Shown: positions 60,901 through 64,000 of the stretch, piece by piece
How the letters are laid out: every line of letters begins with the position of its first letter
Position numbering within the stretch: position 1 is the first letter of the stretch
Notes under the pieces: model-generated
What the model saw: only the letters and a program-made list of their open reading frames with translations
What the model was told of the DNA's origin: nothing
The model's database searches: none
Assembly (NCBI GenBank): GCA_963823335.1
Contig: CAWGLD010000001.1
Coordinates: 160,001 to 224,000, forward strand
Direction of reading: 5' to 3'
Source: an uncultured delta proteobacterium
GTDB taxonomy: Bacteria; Desulfobacterota; Desulfobacteria; Desulfobacterales; B30-G6
Length of the DNA: 64,000 nt
Position numbers and translations under genes: made by a program

Positions 60901-60974
60901 CAAAGGAGACGGCACGTCTCCGTAAGTTCAGGTTCGGAACCGCGTGCCAAGCACGCGGTTTGTCGAACAATCAA
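60901..60974. repeat. 74-bp double-hairpin element (family D), copy 2
   Basis: Near-identical to 54202-54275. Confidence 0.9.
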
Positions 60975-61156
60975 ATTTTAAATGGCTATCATTATCTTAT
61001 TTTGTTCTAAACTTCAAGATCCCTGTTCAGAAGACAACAGGTTTCGCCTGACAGCCCGGGGAGAATGTGGTAATAGAGAAGTAAATAAGAAGTAAGAAGT
61101 AAGAAGTAAGCTGTAAGCAAGCTTATCGCTTACAGCTCAAAAAAAGGACTCACGCC

Positions 61157-62215
61157 ATGAAGAATATCCTTGTTACCGGCGGTAGCGGTTTTATCGGCGC
61201 CAATTTCATCCGCTATCTTCTTTCTGAAGACGACTACAGTGGCCGCATCGTTAATATGGACCTGCTAACCTATGCAGGGAACCCTGAAAACCTTAGCGGG
61301 ATTGAGAAATCAACACATGGCCGCTATGTATTTGTACATGCCGACATCTGTGATGCCGCGGCCGTAAAAAAGGTATTTGAGACCTACGAAATCGATACCG
61401 TCTGCCATTTTGCGGCCGAATCCCACGTGGATAGATCCATCGTAGCGCCGGATGCCTTTGTGAACACCAATATCCTGGGGACCTTCACCCTTCTTGAAGA
61501 AGCGCGGCGTCACCTGAGCCGCCTCAAGCGATTCCACCACGTGAGTACGGATGAGGTCTACGGATCCCTGGGGAAAGATGGGTTCTTTTCGGAAACAACC
61601 CCCTACGATCCCAGCAGCCCCTACTCTGCATCCAAAGCTGCCTCGGACCACCTGGTGCGTGCTTACCATCGCACATACCAGGTCCCCGTCAGCATTTCAA
61701 ACTGCTCCAACAATTATGGCCCTTATCAGTTCCCGGAAAAATTGATCCCCCTCATGATTCTGAATGCCCTGGCCGGTAAGCCACTGCCTGTCTACGGCAA
61801 GGGAATCAATGTCCGGGACTGGCTCTTTGTACGGGACCACTGCAGTGCTGTCTGGACGATCCTGCAGAACGGCCGGCCCGGGGAAACCTACAATGTCGGC
61901 GGGGAATGCGAAATACCAAACATCGAACTCGTTCAAACCCTTTGTGACATCCTGGACGAGATGGTCCCCCCTGAGCATAACCGACCACGCTCTGATCTGA
62001 TCACCTTCGTGAACGATCGACCCGGACATGATTTTCGCTATGCCATCGATTGCAGCAAATTGAAAAACGAGTTGCATTGGCACCCAATGGCATCCTTCGA
62101 TACAGGTATCCGGCAAACGGTTCAATGGTATCTCGACAACCCTGGCTGGGTCGAGCGTGTGCAGAGCGGTGAATACCGAAAATGGATAGCGGACAACTAT
62201 GGTAAGAGGGCGTGA
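61157..62215 (+). CDS. rfbB: dTDP-glucose 4,6-dehydratase
   Basis: GGSGFIG, AAESHVDRSI, STDEVYG, YSASK and DRPGHDFRY. Confidence 0.97.
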   Translation: MKNILVTGGSGFIGANFIRYLLSEDDYSGRIVNMDLLTYAGNPENLSGIEKSTHGRYVFVHADICDAAAVKKVFETYEIDTVCHFAAESHVDRSIVAPDAFVNTNILGTFTLLEEARRHLSRLKRFHHVSTDEVYGSLGKDGFFSETTPYDPSSPYSASKAASDHLVRAYHRTYQVPVSISNCSNNYGPYQFPEKLIPLMILNALAGKPLPVYGKGINVRDWLFVRDHCSAVWTILQNGRPGETYNVGGECEIPNIELVQTLCDILDEMVPPEHNRPRSDLITFVNDRPGHDFRYAIDCSKLKNELHWHPMASFDTGIRQTVQWYLDNPGWVERVQSGEYRKWIADNYGKRA

Positions 62216-62233
62216 AGCTATAAGCTGTAAGCA

Positions 62234-62420
62234 GCATCCTAGCCCCCCAGCCTTAAAAAGGGTCTGAGGGTTGGAGGGTGATACAAGGGTTCGAGGGTAG
62301 CCAAAAGCTAATGGCTGATGGCAGCATCCTGGCATCCTAGCCCCCAGCCTTAAAAAGGGTCTGAGGGTTGGAGGGTGATACAAGGGTTCGAGGGTAGCCA
62401 AAAGCTAATGGCTGATGGCG
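62234..62420. repeat. Tandem duplication (~98-bp period) of a low-complexity intergenic tract
   Basis: GCATCCTAGCCCCC...GAGGGTAGCCAAAAGCTAATGGCTGATGGC occurs twice. Confidence 0.85.
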
Positions 62421-62667
62421 GCTTCCTAACGCCCCGGCATCCCAGTTCAACCGTCAATAAAAATAAATATCGAATAATGAACAAGGAACAGCAGAATGTT
62501 GAAGGAATGACTTCGATATTCGATATTTCTTGTTCTACATTCTGCGGTTTTAACACAGGTTCCAAAATTAGAAAGACCAAGGTGAAGGGTTGGAAGGTAA
62601 CTCAAAGTAATCATTAAAAGGCACCTAACAGACTACCCCCCTAACCACCTGAAAAGGATCTGAAATA

Positions 62668-63426
62668 ATGAAATACCCCAAAGACTATCTCATCTTTCCC
62701 CTGGATGTCCCCACTGTCCATGAGGCCCGACGCTATGTCTCACTGCTAAAGGATCATGTGGGTATATTCAAGGTCGGTCTGGAGCTCTTTATCAAGACCG
62801 GGCCCGACATTGTGCATGAAATTCGAAAGCGTGCAGCCGAGGCTCGCATCTTTCTGGACCTGAAACTTCACGACATCCCGGAAACCGTTTACCGGGCCAT
62901 GCAGGGCATCGCCTCCCTGGGTGTCACGTATGCCACGGTCCACTGTGGTGAATCCAAAAAAATGCTCGAGGCCGCCGTCAGGGGTGCCGACGGTAGGGTC
63001 CACCTCCTGGGGGTTACCGTGCTGACGAGTGTCGCCGAGGAGGATCTCCGGTCGGCCGGTTACGATGCATCCTTTACCGAGGATGTCACCCGCCTGGTAG
63101 TCAAAAAGGCGGCCATGGCCAGGAGTGCCGGATTTGCAGGCGTGATCTGCTCCGGTCACGAAGCCGGACAGATAAAAGAAACCTGCGGAAAACCCTTTCT
63201 GGCGGTGACGCCGGGCATCAGGCCCGCATGGGATATTCCAGGCGGCGATGATCAGGCGCGTGTCATGACACCTGCCCGGGCCATTCATAACGGATCGGAT
63301 CACCTGGTCATCGGGCGCCCCATCCGGGATAACAAAGACCCGGTCATGGCGGCACGACAGGTTCTTGAGGAAATTGACAAAGCCCTTCAACAAATGGATC
63401 TGAATGGGGTTGGGGTCGCCCATTGA
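62668..63426 (+). CDS. pyrF: Orotidine-5'-phosphate decarboxylase
   Basis: FKVGLEL, DLKLHDIPET, VTPGIRP and VIGRPI. Confidence 0.97.
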   Translation: MKYPKDYLIFPLDVPTVHEARRYVSLLKDHVGIFKVGLELFIKTGPDIVHEIRKRAAEARIFLDLKLHDIPETVYRAMQGIASLGVTYATVHCGESKKMLEAAVRGADGRVHLLGVTVLTSVAEEDLRSAGYDASFTEDVTRLVVKKAAMARSAGFAGVICSGHEAGQIKETCGKPFLAVTPGIRPAWDIPGGDDQARVMTPARAIHNGSDHLVIGRPIRDNKDPVMAARQVLEEIDKALQQMDLNGVGVAH

Positions 63427-63504
63427 AGAACCTCGCAGCAATCTACGAGGAATGTTCTGCCGTACGGCAGAACCTACGGGGAATGCGCTCACTGTCGCGG
63501 TTCA
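63424..63504. repeat. REP-like element (family C)
   Basis: TGAAGAACCTCGCAGC...ACTGTCGCGGTTCA; supplies the pyrF stop codon. Confidence 0.55.
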
Positions 63505-63618
63505 AGGCAGGACAAAAAAACTCCTGTAGACTGCCAGCCCCAGAAGAATGGCGCCTATCAGGAGTATGAGCAGCAGCTGATCGTTGTTGAAATGATACTT
63601 CACGGGAAATAACGCCGG

Positions 63619-64000
63619 CTACTCGGCATCCAGACCGAAGGCCGAATGAAGAACCCGCACGGCGAGTTCGGCGTATTTTTCTTCCACGACGCAGGATATT
63701 CTGATCTCGGATGTACTGATCATAGAGATGTTGATGTTCTCTCTTGCGAGTGTCGTAAACATGATCGATGCCACACCGGAGTGATTTTTCATGCCCACAC
63801 CGATCACCGACACTTTGGCGATGTTTTTATCCCCGAAAACTTTCTCGGCACCGATTTCTTCAGCAACACGTTTCTCGATATCCAGCGCATTGGCATAATC
63901 TCCCATGGGAACGGTAAAGGTCAGGTCGGTCTGACCGCCGGAACGGGTATTTTGAATGATCATATCCACCACGATGCCGGCTTCGGTTATGGGAGAAAAT
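63619..64000 (-). CDS. lysC: Aspartate kinase, C-terminal ACT domains (partial)
   Basis: VDMIIQN, KVSVIGVGMKNHSGVA, ISTSEIRISC and LHSAFGL. Confidence 0.93.
   Translation of the reverse strand, partial: FSPITEAGIVVDMIIQNTRSGGQTDLTFTVPMGDYANALDIEKRVAEEIGAEKVFGDKNIAKVSVIGVGMKNHSGVASIMFTTLARENINISMISTSEIRISCVVEEKYAELAVRVLHSAFGLDAE

Noticed and set aside
1-64000. pylTSBCD, selB/selC/selD, rRNA, cas or prophage genes
   Set aside because: None were recognisable in this window.

Overview
The window is chromosomal DNA from a sulfate-reducing Desulfobacterota bacterium, most like Desulfobacterales. This assignment is inferred from the hmc operon, selA, a HesB-type selenoprotein and the intergenic repeat families. 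Bases ~500-9930 form an AT-richer accessory island ending at tRNA-Phe. The island carries three things. (i) A 495-codon trimethylamine methyltransferase mttB is split in the ORF track only by an in-frame TAG at the pyrrolysine position. (ii) A small tyrosine recombinase has a frame broken at an A9 run, and three paired left/right repeat sites bracket the recombinase and separate two divergently oriented cargo genes, an integron-like layout without a canonical integron integrase. (iii) A decayed adenylate cyclase/TolB/TPR gene contains an IS21 istA fragment. The rest is mostly core genome: rsmE, a PopZ/RomR-like acidic repeat protein beside valS-nadC, lepA, leuCD, ndk, an NhaD antiporter with an inserted PAS domain, a UGA-containing HesB-like selenoprotein, a CdaA-CdaR fusion, an MshEN-PilT, the hmcABCDEF operon with regulators, an ABC transporter, moaA, cobA/hemD, hemC, selA, rfbB, pyrF and the 3' end of lysC. 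The window thus shows both amber (Pyl) and opal (Sec) recoding candidates. The pyl genes themselves are not in the window. All protein family calls come from motif recognition, not database searches.
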